Positions 13,493 through 25,095 of a DNA stretch of 64,000 bases are shown here, in pieces; the first letter of the stretch is position 1; each line of letters begins with the position of its first letter. Source of the stretch: Parasitella parasitica NRRL 2501 (taxonomy: Eukaryota > Fungi > Mucoromycota); assembly GCA_025201805.1 (NCBI GenBank), contig MU619277.1:162054-226053 (forward strand), written 5' to 3'. A program made the position numbers and the translations under genes. The notes beneath the pieces were generated by a model. That model searched no databases and had not been told where the DNA came from. It was given only the letters and a program-made list of their open reading frames with translations.

Positions 13493-15149
13493 ATGCATCC
13501 TTCTGATCCTAGACCATCCTCATCCACGGCAAGACATTCTTCAGCTTTTTCCACAAACACCTCTGAGCAATTTGACGGTATAATAACAAAGAGCTGATTA
13601 ATTGATCTTTTTTTTTTCTCGTAAACTGATGACTATGACACATTTGTAGTAAATAGGTTAAGTACGTGGCATGAGGATTTAGAAGAATATGAAGGCAACA
13701 TTGAAGCAATGGCAACAGCCACACTGGACCAGGTAAGATCTGCATATAAAAAGCCCCGAATTCAACCCATCAACTGTATTGCTTGTATAGACTTTTCAGG
13801 ATGAAATGCAACATGTCAATCAATGGTTTGGATTTCTATCGGATGCAGAAAAGACAGCTACATTATATACCTTACTGCAGCACAGTTCACAAGTGCAGAT
13901 TAGATTCTTTATGCATTTGCTGCAAGAATTGAGAAAACCAAAAGCGAATCCACTAAACAGAGGTATTATCATTACTGTAGTATAATCTTGGTGTGCCGCT
14001 AATGAGATAAAAAAAAAGGCTCCGAAAGAGCATCTGCATTAGCAAATTTAAATAGAAGGCAGCCACCTATAGTTGCTCAGCAGCAACAACCACAGAATGT
14101 AAATAGACACTCCTTTGCCATGGGAGATACACAAAATTTAGGTAAATTATTCGGCACAATGGGCACGGATTGGTTTAGCAATGATAATCAGACGCAATCT
14201 CACCATCAACATCAACATCTGCTGCAGCAGCCACAACCACAAACAACTCTGAATAATAGAAGCCAGCACCAATTACGGCCCAAATCAGTGATCGAATTAG
14301 GTGGTAGAGGTGATGGTGCCGTAGATTCAGCATTTTCAAACACTTGGCTGAATCAGAGACAGCCCAGCCTTAACAGCAATGTTATTGAACGGCCCAGATC
14401 TGCTGATATATCATCGTGGGCATTACCTACTGCAAGCACCAGTAGTAATACTGCATCATCTTGGAAGCCACTGTACAACCAACATGACATTGACATTCAC
14501 TTGTGGAAAGATCCCATGGCGACAAATCCTACCAACAGCGCCCGGCGTTCGTCTTCTGCTATCACATCTGCCGCTGCCACAACAGCAACGCCCTCCAATC
14601 TTAGAAAATCCAATTTTGTTGCCTCACAGTATCTGAATGCACCATCTAATTCCTCCTCTATTCATGCCGGCAAGACAGCTGCATCGAGATCATCCTCTTT
14701 TGAAAGCATAGTAGCAAACGATTTTGGGTATGGCAGCGATCAAAGTGATGCATCCACCTCCTCTCGACGACTGAGACAAACATATCAGCAACCAGCACAC
14801 ATGTCAACATACAGCAGCTCATCCTCCAGCAACAATAAGCCCATTCTCGAGAACAATAAAGAGGATCATGTAGATATGGATCTAATTAAAGGTACAGAGG
14901 CAATTAAACAGTCTGGTTACCCATTGTATATCTGACATGTTTTATGCATTTCTAGACGTTCCTGCTTGGTTTAGAAGTATGCGATTGCATAAATATAATA
15001 ATATTTTTGAACACATGCGATGGCAAGATATTATTCAGCTGGACGATGCCGCACTGCAGGATAAAGGTGTTGCTGCACTTGGCGCAAGACGGAAAATGCT
15101 CAAAGTGTTTGAAAATGTGCGCGAACAATGCCGACTTGATCAAAGTTGA
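13493..15149 (+). CDS. VTS1: Vts1/Smaug-family SAM-domain RNA-binding protein; ~5 exons
   Basis: N-terminal block [31 protein letters not shown]-terminal SAM domain [33 protein letters not shown]. Confidence 0.9.
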
Positions 15150-15303
15150 CACACTCACTTACCCACTCCCTGCTCACTCTTCTGATTGATTAGATCATAA
15201 TATTAAGCATAATGAAAATGTGTGTTTTACATGCAGAAATCCAATTTTATTCAATAAAATCTCTCTTTTTGTCTTGGAAAAAAGGTGCGCAAAATCAATA
15301 GAT

Positions 15304-15546
15304 TTAGGCCTTGTTAGCAGCAGCCTTGGCGAGAGCGACTTGAGTACCCTTCTTGGCAAAACGTTGGTTACGAAGGAACTTGGCATCCAACTAGTCAATG
15401 CGTCAACATCTGTGATCCTCGTTGATATTCATAAAATAACTTACACCCTTTTGAGTACGATACTTGTGGGCAATAGGCTTCTTGAGACCGTTACGGTGAG
15501 CCTTCTTGATTTGATTGTGGTTGGTATGGTTCTTGGACTTGGACAT
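15304..15546 (-). CDS. RPL29: 60S ribosomal protein L29 (eL29); coding intron 15391-15444
   Basis: Manual translation: [34 protein letters not shown]|[28 protein letters not shown]. Missed by the ORF track because both exons are short. Confidence 0.96.
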
Positions 15547-15931
15547 TATTAAAGTATTTCCTATTGATTGAATGGTTTTGAATTAATGACAAAAGCTTCC
15601 ATCGTATCATTTAGTTGGGAGAAGAAGGTGGCTTGCATAATCCATATTTAAGCTGATCATTATCATCCATCAATCCATCGATTTGAAGCAGTAGTAGTTT
15701 TCAATTCTTCTCTAACTATTTTTTTGGTATTTGGTGTGTGATTTTTACCTTGTGTCAAAAGTAAAGAAGGATTTATCTTGGTCCTGATGCAGAGCTTTAA
15801 TCGAAGAATGAGCAGTGGGTGCTTTAACTTGAATTTTTCTCGGACAGACCTTTTTATTAGTACCGGACCCCATCATCCACTGCAGATCTTTTTTTTTTTT
15901 TGAATGTATTCTTATAAAGATTATATTTTAT

Positions 15932-16765
15932 TTACAACTTGGCATTATGATGATAATCCTTCACGAAAGCAGACCAATCTGCCTTCTGCTTGGTAACAAA
16001 TGCCATGATGCCATAAGCAGCTTCTTCAGACTGCATCATCTCTACATAGGCCTGTTCGACCCCATTGCGGATACGGATAGCTCTCTGGGCTTCTCCGCCG
16101 GAACTCACTGTGTCTACGAGACGCTTAATATTTGACATGGCACCAGGGGCTGATTCCAGCAACATGCTCGCATAGTACGATACTTGCTGGTCAAGTTCCC
16201 AAGCGGTAGCCACAACTGTGCTCAAGTACGGCTGTGCTTCTTTGGGAGATACCCTTCTGCCCGTCAGCATGTATTCCTTGGTCTTTTGAATTCCCAGTTC
16301 AGGCACAATGTACTGTGAAATGATCGCAGGAATTATACCACGTTTTACCTCAGTTAAAGCAAAATAAGCATCTTGTTGCACGACACGGATATCCGTGGTA
16401 AACATAAGACCTACACCACCGCCAAGACATGGCCCATTGACTCGTGCAATCACAGGTTTAGGGAAACGATATAACGCTTCAAACGCCTTCAATCCATTGG
16501 TGAAGGAAGCCTTTACATCTTGCTCTGATGATGAACTAGCTGCTGCCATGGACAAATCCATACCCGTACAAAAGAATTTACCAGCGCCTGTCAGTACAAC
16601 CACTCGGACATCCGTATCCTTCTCCAATTGAGCTAAATATTGTAGTAAAAGTGCGTTCATGGTGGCCGTGAGTGCATTTCCTTTACGTGGTCGGTTTAAT
16701 GTAAGCGTAGCGACATGGTTCTCGATTGATAACAAGACTTCATCTTCCTTAATCTGTCGGCTCAT
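15932..16765 (-). CDS. Enoyl-CoA hydratase/crotonase family (methylglutaconyl-CoA hydratase/LiuC-like), intronless, C-terminal PTS1 -AKL
   Basis: LTLNRPRKGNAL, GKFFCTGMDL, PKPVIARVNGPCLGGGVGL, LTEVKRGIIP. Ends HHNAKL*. Confidence 0.9.
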   Translation of the reverse strand: MSRQIKEDEVLLSIENHVATLTLNRPRKGNALTATMNALLLQYLAQLEKDTDVRVVVLTGAGKFFCTGMDLSMAAASSSSEQDVKASFTNGLKAFEALYRFPKPVIARVNGPCLGGGVGLMFTTDIRVVQQDAYFALTEVKRGIIPAIISQYIVPELGIQKTKEYMLTGRRVSPKEAQPYLSTVVATAWELDQQVSYYASMLLESAPGAMSNIKRLVDTVSSGGEAQRAIRIRNGVEQAYVEMMQSEEAAYGIMAFVTKQKADWSAFVKDYHHNAKL

Positions 16766-17083
16766 TTTTTGAATTATTATTGTTTGTTAGGAAAAGAGTG
16801 GGAGAAAGAGAGAAAGAAAGCTATTTCGGGCAAGCTTTTATAACTTTTTGGAGACAAAAAGTGCATCCCTGGCACATGATTTCAACTTACCAATGTGAAT
16901 TGGCTTGAATTTGGTCTACTAGAGTTACACATGAAAGTCTCACTAAAACAATATAGTAATACAATGGCTATTCATTGAACATGCCCTCTTTTCTTTTAAA
17001 ATAAAAATATTTATATATACAAATACATGTAAAATTACAATTTCATTCAATATGAGGGTATAGTATATAAACAATAGTATACA

Positions 17084-19455
17084 TTATCTCACCTCCATAA
17101 TCATTTCCATAATCATATTTTTAGCTGTGATGAAGTCCCCTTGGGCAGATCTCAAAAAATCATTAATGTAATGTCTATCTAATCTGGGGAATAAGTCGCA
17201 CAAGTCATCCAAGGTAAGTTCCCATTCCTCAATCATTGCTGAACTAGCATAATAATCATGGGATTGATTGCCATTCATCAGAGAAGATCTTCGGCTGTTT
17301 CTTGTTGGAGTAGGCTGATAATAATCTCTTTCTCTTCTTGATACTGGAGGGAGAGGTTGATCGTAATAAGATGATGGCTGTTCATCGTAGTAAGCGGGTT
17401 GTTTCAGAGCAGTCTGATAGTAATAATCTTCATTATTGTGAGAGCTGCTTCTGCTCCTGCTTCGACTTCTGTTTTGACTTCTTCGTCTTGGTGGTTCAAG
17501 AGGTACATGATAATCTTGCTGGTTTATGCCTTGTCTGCTGCTATTGTATCTATTTCCGTCAGCTGCTGCTATGAAAGACGAATCTCTTTGTCGAAAAGCA
17601 GGAGGAGGAGCATAATGCCTAGACTGCTCATATTCGTAGTCATAACCATCATCATACATGTCATTTTGATAGTATTCTTGATAACCTTGGTCTTGTATGT
17701 CATCTTCATAGTACGGCTCATAAGCGTAGTCTGACTGAGGCTGTTGATATGAATTGCGATTTGAGTTTGTCTTTTTCAGGATGGATACAGGCTGAGTGCA
17801 TTGAGATGTTCCTGTGGAGTCTTCTAATGGCGAAGAAATTGCATTATGATTAGGCGACACGGATGAAATACCAAGAGTCTGGCCATGATAACTATCAAAA
17901 TACTCCTCGCCGGTGTCTTCATAGTCTTTTATATCCATATCCAATGGAGACTGGGTCATCTCGCTGTTATCCATGTACAGAGAATCTACGCCGGGTGATA
18001 CTGATAGGTTGCTATTGTTGAACCTGCTATTCAATAGAGGCGCAGAACGATTAAACAATTCATCTCCCAACTGCAACTGTTGAGCACGAGCATCGCCTCT
18101 TGATTTCGCCTTCTTTTTGAATAAACCCAACACCTTCTTGGGCTCTTTGGCTGCTGGAGGCGTGTAACTAAACCAATCATCAGGAGGTCCCTTTTGTGTC
18201 TGTTTGACAATCCATGGAATCAACTCAGTTGATGCCTGCATACAATCGAGATATGCATTATCTAATACAGTGCAATACACACATACTTTAAGAACAAAAC
18301 ACAAGAAGAAAAAGGGTTAGACTTACTGTAAATATCAACCCTGTCTTGGCGAGATTCTATCTTTTTTATCTGCTTCCTTCGAATTGGAATATGTCGTGCC
18401 GCATCTAGTGCTTCTGCATGCTGCTGTTGCTGATAGATGTTCATAACTTCATTGTCGTCTTGTGCCCAACTATTATCAATTAGACGTCTTTCATAAGAGG
18501 GACTTTTCTGCTGCTTTGGCTTGCATATATTCATAGCATCAAATAGTGAGTTGTGGCTCGTCTTACGACTTGGACCTTGTTGGGATGCATTATCGTTCTG
18601 TTGGTACTCTTGGTACATGGAATTTCGACTTGATTTTCGAGACAGAGGAGACAGGAACTGCTTGACATCTTCGATAAAGGAGGAAGCCCGACTGCTAGGC
18701 CTTGATGGTGTTGGACTAGGCGCCAATGAGGATGTAGATGCATCGTTTATGGATGACATGCTCTTTCTTCTATCCAATCTAGCTGTGGACGGCGAAAGAA
18801 GACTGATGCTGTTGTTGCCACTACCCAGATTCTTTAATTTATCAGCAACCTCAGAAATGAATGACCTTGATCGAGTTCTCTTTTTGGGGACGCAAGCAGG
18901 GCACATGTTTACATTGCCGTTATCAACTTTGAGAGTATTGTTCGATTCAAACGGTAGGATTGTATTGCACCTGTAGCATGTAATGTACGAATACTGCTGA
19001 TCGGGTGTGAGAGCTCTAAAGCATTGGAGTTAGTTTATGAGAGTTCGTTTACAACTAGTTTTTTGATGTATTACTCTTCTTCTATTTCATCACTATCACT
19101 TTCAATGAGAATTGGTCTTTTAATATCTGCACTTTCGTTAGAATGGTTATCAGCTTGTCTTTGCTGATCGTGTTGTTCCTCTTGGTAGAAATGCTGATCA
19201 AAATCCGCCGCCCTGGATGCTGCAGAGTCAGATATTTGGTATTGTTGCACATCGTGCGAGAACTTTTCAAAGGGAACATCTAATTCTTAAATCAGTACGG
19301 TGATTTCGCCTATAAAATAATATTTTACTTACCAATGAGATGCTCAATTTCATTGTACAAGTCTTCAACGGTGTCTACAAAGGCCTGCCATGTTAATCCA
19401 GTTGTCTACCTTGAACTTATTTATACAAAATACCTGTCTGATATTCTTGTGTCAT
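17084..19455 (-). CDS. Uncharacterised protein with a CxxC..CxxC motif, low-complexity middle and C-terminal CUE-like domain; ~5 exons
   Basis: Spliced reading MTQEYQT|DTVEDLYNEIEHLI|DVPFEK..|..CYRCNTIL..CPACVP..RVDIYS|NAYLDCM.. The C-terminus LDDLCDLFPRLDRHYINDFLRSAQGDFITAKNMIMEM fits the CUE pattern (L..(M/L)FP..D..I..L). Confidence 0.75.
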
Positions 19456-21612
19456 GGATTATTCAGTTATGGAATGAGCAAAATAAAAGAAGAAATCAAG
19501 ATAAAAGAAAGAAACTAATGGTAATTTTGATTTTTTGGATATTGTTATGAGTTAAAGCAAGTGAAAACACACTTCCTAAAACAGTTTCATGCTTTTTTTT
19601 TATTTATTTATTTAAATCCATGGTTTGTGCAACGCGAAGCAATAATAATGCTTTTCAGTTTATGAGAGAGGGCAGATGCATTATTGCTAATATCAGCCCG
19701 TTATCAAACATCACAACAGAACACTCTGTGTAAATAATTTTTTCATTGGACGAGAATGCTATTTTCTGCACTATGTATCGCTTGGTCTATCCTTTATTGA
19801 ATCATTGCATATAGAAATAATTGAACGCGGTTAGTATTTTAGATGTGTGGTTGTTACAGACCTATAAGTGCATTAGTTCATAAATACAAACAGAAACATT
19901 CATTTTTCTTTTCCATGTGCTATATTGAGTAATCGCAATGAATACAACTCTATATTTGGAATTTCAATGCGATCAATACGGAGATGAGCCGATGATCAGG
20001 GACAAGAAACACCTTTTGTTTAATCGTTGTAAAGATGTTTACATTGTCCTTTTTCAATATTCTTTATTTTCATAAATGTCTTTATTTACCCCAAATCTTA
20101 CTTTCATTGACGCACATAAATCAAAACTCTCGCTTTTCCTTGTAATTTGTCCAGGATTACATAGTAACAACACAGATGCTGCTCTGTCATGCTCCACAAA
20201 TTGTAACAACCATTATTTTGACATGCTGAATACTCCCATTTCTCTTGTCAATTCTTGTGGAACAGATATGTACAATGTATTGCCTATAAATATACATTCA
20301 GCATGTTCACAAAGTAATCTTTCGCAGAGTCTTATTACACACTCTACGAGGCGTGGAGCAATTAAAATATAAAATAAATCCAACAATTAAAATGAGAATG
20401 AATATATTTTATGTAGTTATTCAAGTTATTTCTACAAACTATAAACTATATGATATCACGTATACTTATTGTAGAATGCAATATGAAGGGGAAACTTTAA
20501 AATAGATGCACATGAAAGAATTTTGATAAATTAAGACAAAGAAATTCTTTCTCTCTTTGGATGTTGTGCATGTGTACTTGAATATATCGTGTTATTAATA
20601 TAATACCCTCTCGATTCGATTTATTATCAATTATTAACGTATCAACGTATTAACATACTCTTATTTACATTTTACTTATGGCTGACTCGCCTTTTTCGGA
20701 TAACATTTGTTGAAATCTCAAAAAAAATGTGGCAAGAGCTTTTCCTCCATTATCGTGTAAAATTAAATAGTATATGTAAATAGTTTTAAGCCTCGCAACC
20801 TAACCAAGCGAGCTTAAGCCAGTTCTTTTGCAGAAAAGTTGTTTATTCAAGTACGTTCGAGCAGTGTGCTTACTCGAATTTCTTGCGCTCAATATGTTTG
20901 GTTGCGAGCCATGAGTAAACTCAAATATATTGTATAAAGGTGCAAAAGAAGAAGATTCTGGCTAAAGGTTGTGTCTCCATTGCTTAATAATTTACAAAGA
21001 TATTAGAGATTGCAGATTATACTCTTAAGCAGGGAGGAAAGTAATGTTTTAGATTTGGTACCATTTATTTCATCCAAAAAATGAAGGTATGTAAAAATCT
21101 TTTTTGAGGCCATATTTTACAGCATCTCAGCTATTGATTAATTTTAATACACACTCAAGTTACCTATTAGAATCATGCTTTGCTCCTCAAGGGAAAGCGG
21201 ATGGTGCACGCATGTTATATCGACTACATGGCTATACTGGGCTTTAGATTCAATCTCAGAGATGTGTTTCCATTTGAGTCGAAACAGATTCATTGCTAGA
21301 TATTTCAAGAAAGTAATAAATATATTGGATTTGCATACCAAGTGTTTTATGGCAATAAAAGAATTCTGCATCTAATCATATAGATTACAAGGCTTGCAAA
21401 CACCTTCTTTTAATACCAATTTTCAAATATTCAAAAATCACCTTTTTTGATTGTTTTTGAGTAAAAGTAACCATATTTTGAGCACATACGACAAATCAGT
21501 CGTCTTGACACTGGCTAATGGAGTATCTTTGAATCACGTTTTCAAACGCTTGCTATTCATTCTTCCTCGTCCGCTAGATTAATACCAGCATATATTATAC
21601 AAATATGATCGA

Positions 21613-21730
21613 TCAGGTACTGATTTTGTTCAAGTGTGGCCATGAGTGTGTAAAATCGTTACTCAGGCACTGGTTTCGATCAAGGTTAATTGCGACTGTG
21701 TGAAATCGGTACTCAAGTACTAATTTCAAG
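21613..21730. repeat. Degenerate tandem repeat, 50-bp period, ~2.4 copies
   Basis: Units start at 21613, 21663 and 21713 (tcaggtactg / tcaggcactg / tcaagtacta). Shared block tgtgt(a/g)aaatcg(t/g)tactca. Confidence 0.75.
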
Positions 21731-21884
21731 CTTGGGCAAATACAAGTCTTTTTAAGTTTCTTGAAATAATCGTGGCCACCCTTGCTACACTAGGTGTTAC
21801 AAGTTTCTTTCATTTGGTGACTTTTCAAATTCGTACAGTACTTTGATCACATACGGCCTTTTAAAAAAAAAAAAAAAAAAAACG

Positions 21885-24665
21885 CAAGTAAATGATAAAT
21901 GTCACGGTGTTTGTGATAATAAATATTTGGGTTTCTGATAAAAGCTGAGACGTTTCTGAGAGAAGAGAATAGCCATTGTGCAAAAGCAGTAGGTGTTTTT
22001 AAATGAACGATTATTTGGGTTTTTATAATCCCAATGCAGTGGAAAGTCTTTATCAACACTATTACATTTACTTCAGAACCTGAAACTGAACAACCACCAA
22101 CGGGCTGCAATACAAAATTGTTCGAATTTCATAATTTTTAGATGTTGATAAATTATTTCAAATATATTCGTTAAATATTAGACATCTAAAGAAGCTCAAA
22201 TATTTAGACAAGTCTATGGAACTGCAAAGGTATTTTAAACTAATTTGCAAAACCATCAAACTATCAAACTATCAAACTGCACATACCAGTAATGCGTTAA
22301 GTTGTACGTATCCGTCAAATTATGCATTTAAATAATGGCAGTTTATCTCTGAATCTAAGGTTAAACCAACCATTTCATTTTGTTTTCTCCTTTGATTATA
22401 TGTCTTTTCAAAAATCATAGCATATTCAAGAAAATGGTAATCTCTATTTTTATAACTTCGTATTATCATTATATGTTCATCTGTTAAGTCAACATATCCA
22501 GTATCAAGGAAAGAATTTACAGTCGAGACCCGTTATAACAGACGGATTGGTGTACAAAACTGTATCTAGCGAGTTATCCCCTATATTCAGAATTCGATGC
22601 TCTAAATTACAAAATCTGGAACCTGGAATCTACCAGAACCTTATTATGAAGTTTAACTTTTGATAGTAAAATCACCCTCAACCTCAATCCTAACCTCTAC
22701 TCCACTTTCTATTTTACATGTTTAGCATTAGAAACACAAAAAAAAGGGACTCTTGAACTGATATTAAGAATTATTATAAGCAACAATGGTGATAAGGCTT
22801 CTCTGTCACTAGCAATTGGCAACCTATGAATTATTCACAAATAGCAAGAGGTTGTTACGGCAAAACCATTGTATTAATTAATTACTCTCTTCTGCTTCCA
22901 ACTCGTTGAGCCATACCTATTTTACCATGCTATTATGAAGAAAGGTATACTTGTAGCATTAAAAATACCTACTTTACAGAGCTTTGTTATGTACTAGAAT
23001 TGATATTGACGCGATATCATCTCCAGGTAGATATTGTTTACCGCTTAAAAGCAACAAATTTAACTTCATGTGCCATTTTTTGATTAATTTTTATAATCAA
23101 AAGTGCCCTGAAAACACGAAAAATAGTATCCATTGATAAAAAACTATATTATAAATGATTTTGGTGCAATTTGAGCATGATTTTTTTTTCGATGCAAAAT
23201 GATGGATTTTATCTTGCGTCTACACATCTAAAATCATCGATTATGCATTATCCTCAATATAGACCTTAAAAATGCAACTTTTTACTATAGCTTATATTGG
23301 AGGAAAATGATCGTAAAAGACCGTTCTTTGGTCTGAAAGACTGAAAATGCGCTCTGATTAAGCAAAATGTTGACTTTTCCCTCTTAATCTGCTTTTGAGG
23401 TTTTCTCGGCAAAATTCCTTCCATAAGCATACGGGAATTATGAAATGGTACCATCATGTAGAGCGCCCAAAAATACAGCTATTATCATAGACGGATAGCC
23501 GTGGTATGTATAGTATCAAAGAATGATATTTTGCCTCAAAGGAGTAATTTTGTTTTCGAAATGTCCAAATGGAGTTTTTAAAAGAACTTTTTCTTCCTGA
23601 TTTTGGATGGTTCAATCTCCGCTTTCAAAGAAAATAAATGGTGGTTTTTTGAAGAAGGCATTAGCTTTGAGAAGCCATAGCTTATCCAATTTAAGAGGAA
23701 AACAATTGAAGTTTAGTTTATTTAAATGGTATGCTTTTTGGCTTTCTGATGGTAGTACTTGCATGTCTTTAGCTGGCCTGAAGATCTCACGCTTCGATTT
23801 TGAAAAATAAATTTCCGAAGAAAGTCAGAAAAGTCGCTATCTTCATCTGATGTCAATTTAAAAAGTCCAAAAACTTGATCCAAGCTATGCAAATATGTGA
23901 TCAAAAGGTGCCTTGTATTGTAATTTACTACTTTGAATTACTTGTTTTTTGTATTTGAGGTCGCTAAAAATTGTTTCTTACAGTTTTTGTCTTTTTTCTG
24001 ACGATAGCACACTGAAGTTAGCGTAGACCAAAAAAAGCAGGTACTTAAAATCTACGCTGGCTTTGCTAAGATACACACTTTTGAACCATTCCAATATTAT
24101 GGAAAATATGGCACAGGCTTGACTAGCTGTTCGACTGTGCAAATGGATATAGAGAACCCTGCTTGGTATTTGTCTGCCAAGACATTCTACACTAGAAGAC
24201 GCCAGATCAACTGAAGGTATAAGAAGTTGCCAGCGAAAAGGAAACAATCCGCCACCAACGCACCCATTCATAAAAAAGTATCAGTATAGGAATTAATGAT
24301 TTCCCAAAGACATAAATGTGTTTGTCTTCAACTTTGCTCTCCGTTCCTGATTCCAATTAAAGGTTTTAGATCCAAAGCCAACAGACACATTTACACCCAG
24401 AATCACAAATGTTTATGAATAGACAACCGTAACTTTTTTTAAAGATTACATTGAACTTAGAGACAAAATATTCTCTTCGTATCCTCACTATGAATAAAAC
24501 AAAGCAATTACTCTTTTTCTCTAAATATGGAATCCCCACTTGTCTTTTTAGGGAGACATTTCTCTTCTCTCAGAAAATTCTTTGCTTTAATCAGAAATAA
24601 AAGGTTTATTACCAGAAACCCTAATATACATTACCACAACCACCATAATCTTTATCATTTACTTG
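21885..24665. mobile_element. Candidate decayed DNA transposon bounded by imperfect long inverted repeats
   Basis: 21885-~21970 is the reverse complement of ~24560-24665. Both outer ends read CAAGTAAATGATAAA and both inner ends TTTCTGAGAGAAGAGAA. No intact internal ORF and no clear target-site duplication. Confidence 0.55.
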
Positions 24666-25095
24666 GATTGAAACTGCAAAATGACAGTATGAAATCAATA
24701 CTCAGATATTGATTGCCTGTCGTGCTTAAGACAATTTCCATTGCCTCCGTTCCGGCCTCCAATGTGATAAATGCTCTCTGAGCCACGTTTTATTTGCATA
24801 ATACAATTTGAGTAATAATAATAATAAACTATATTTCTCCCTTTCTTCTTCATATCTTTCTAAGCCGCGCATCATGGAAATAACTTGAGACAGATCAAAA
24901 TCTTACAAATGACCAGAACATGCAACATGCCACTGAAAATAAATTAGCTCTGCATATCCATTAAATGGGAGAATATGTCGTTATTGAATAGGTTCTTTAT
25001 TTACATTTATGTTCAAGGGTGCTGCAATAAATTTTGGAACTCGCCAATACAGCAGTTTGAGCAATCTTTAAGCAAAAGCAGATAATAGGGGAGCG

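Noticed and set aside
24010-24290. Frame vaguely reminiscent of the region after RuvC-I in Fanzor/TnpB
   Set aside because: No DPG-type catalytic motif, no RuvC-II/III and no zinc finger visible; cannot be supported without a profile search.
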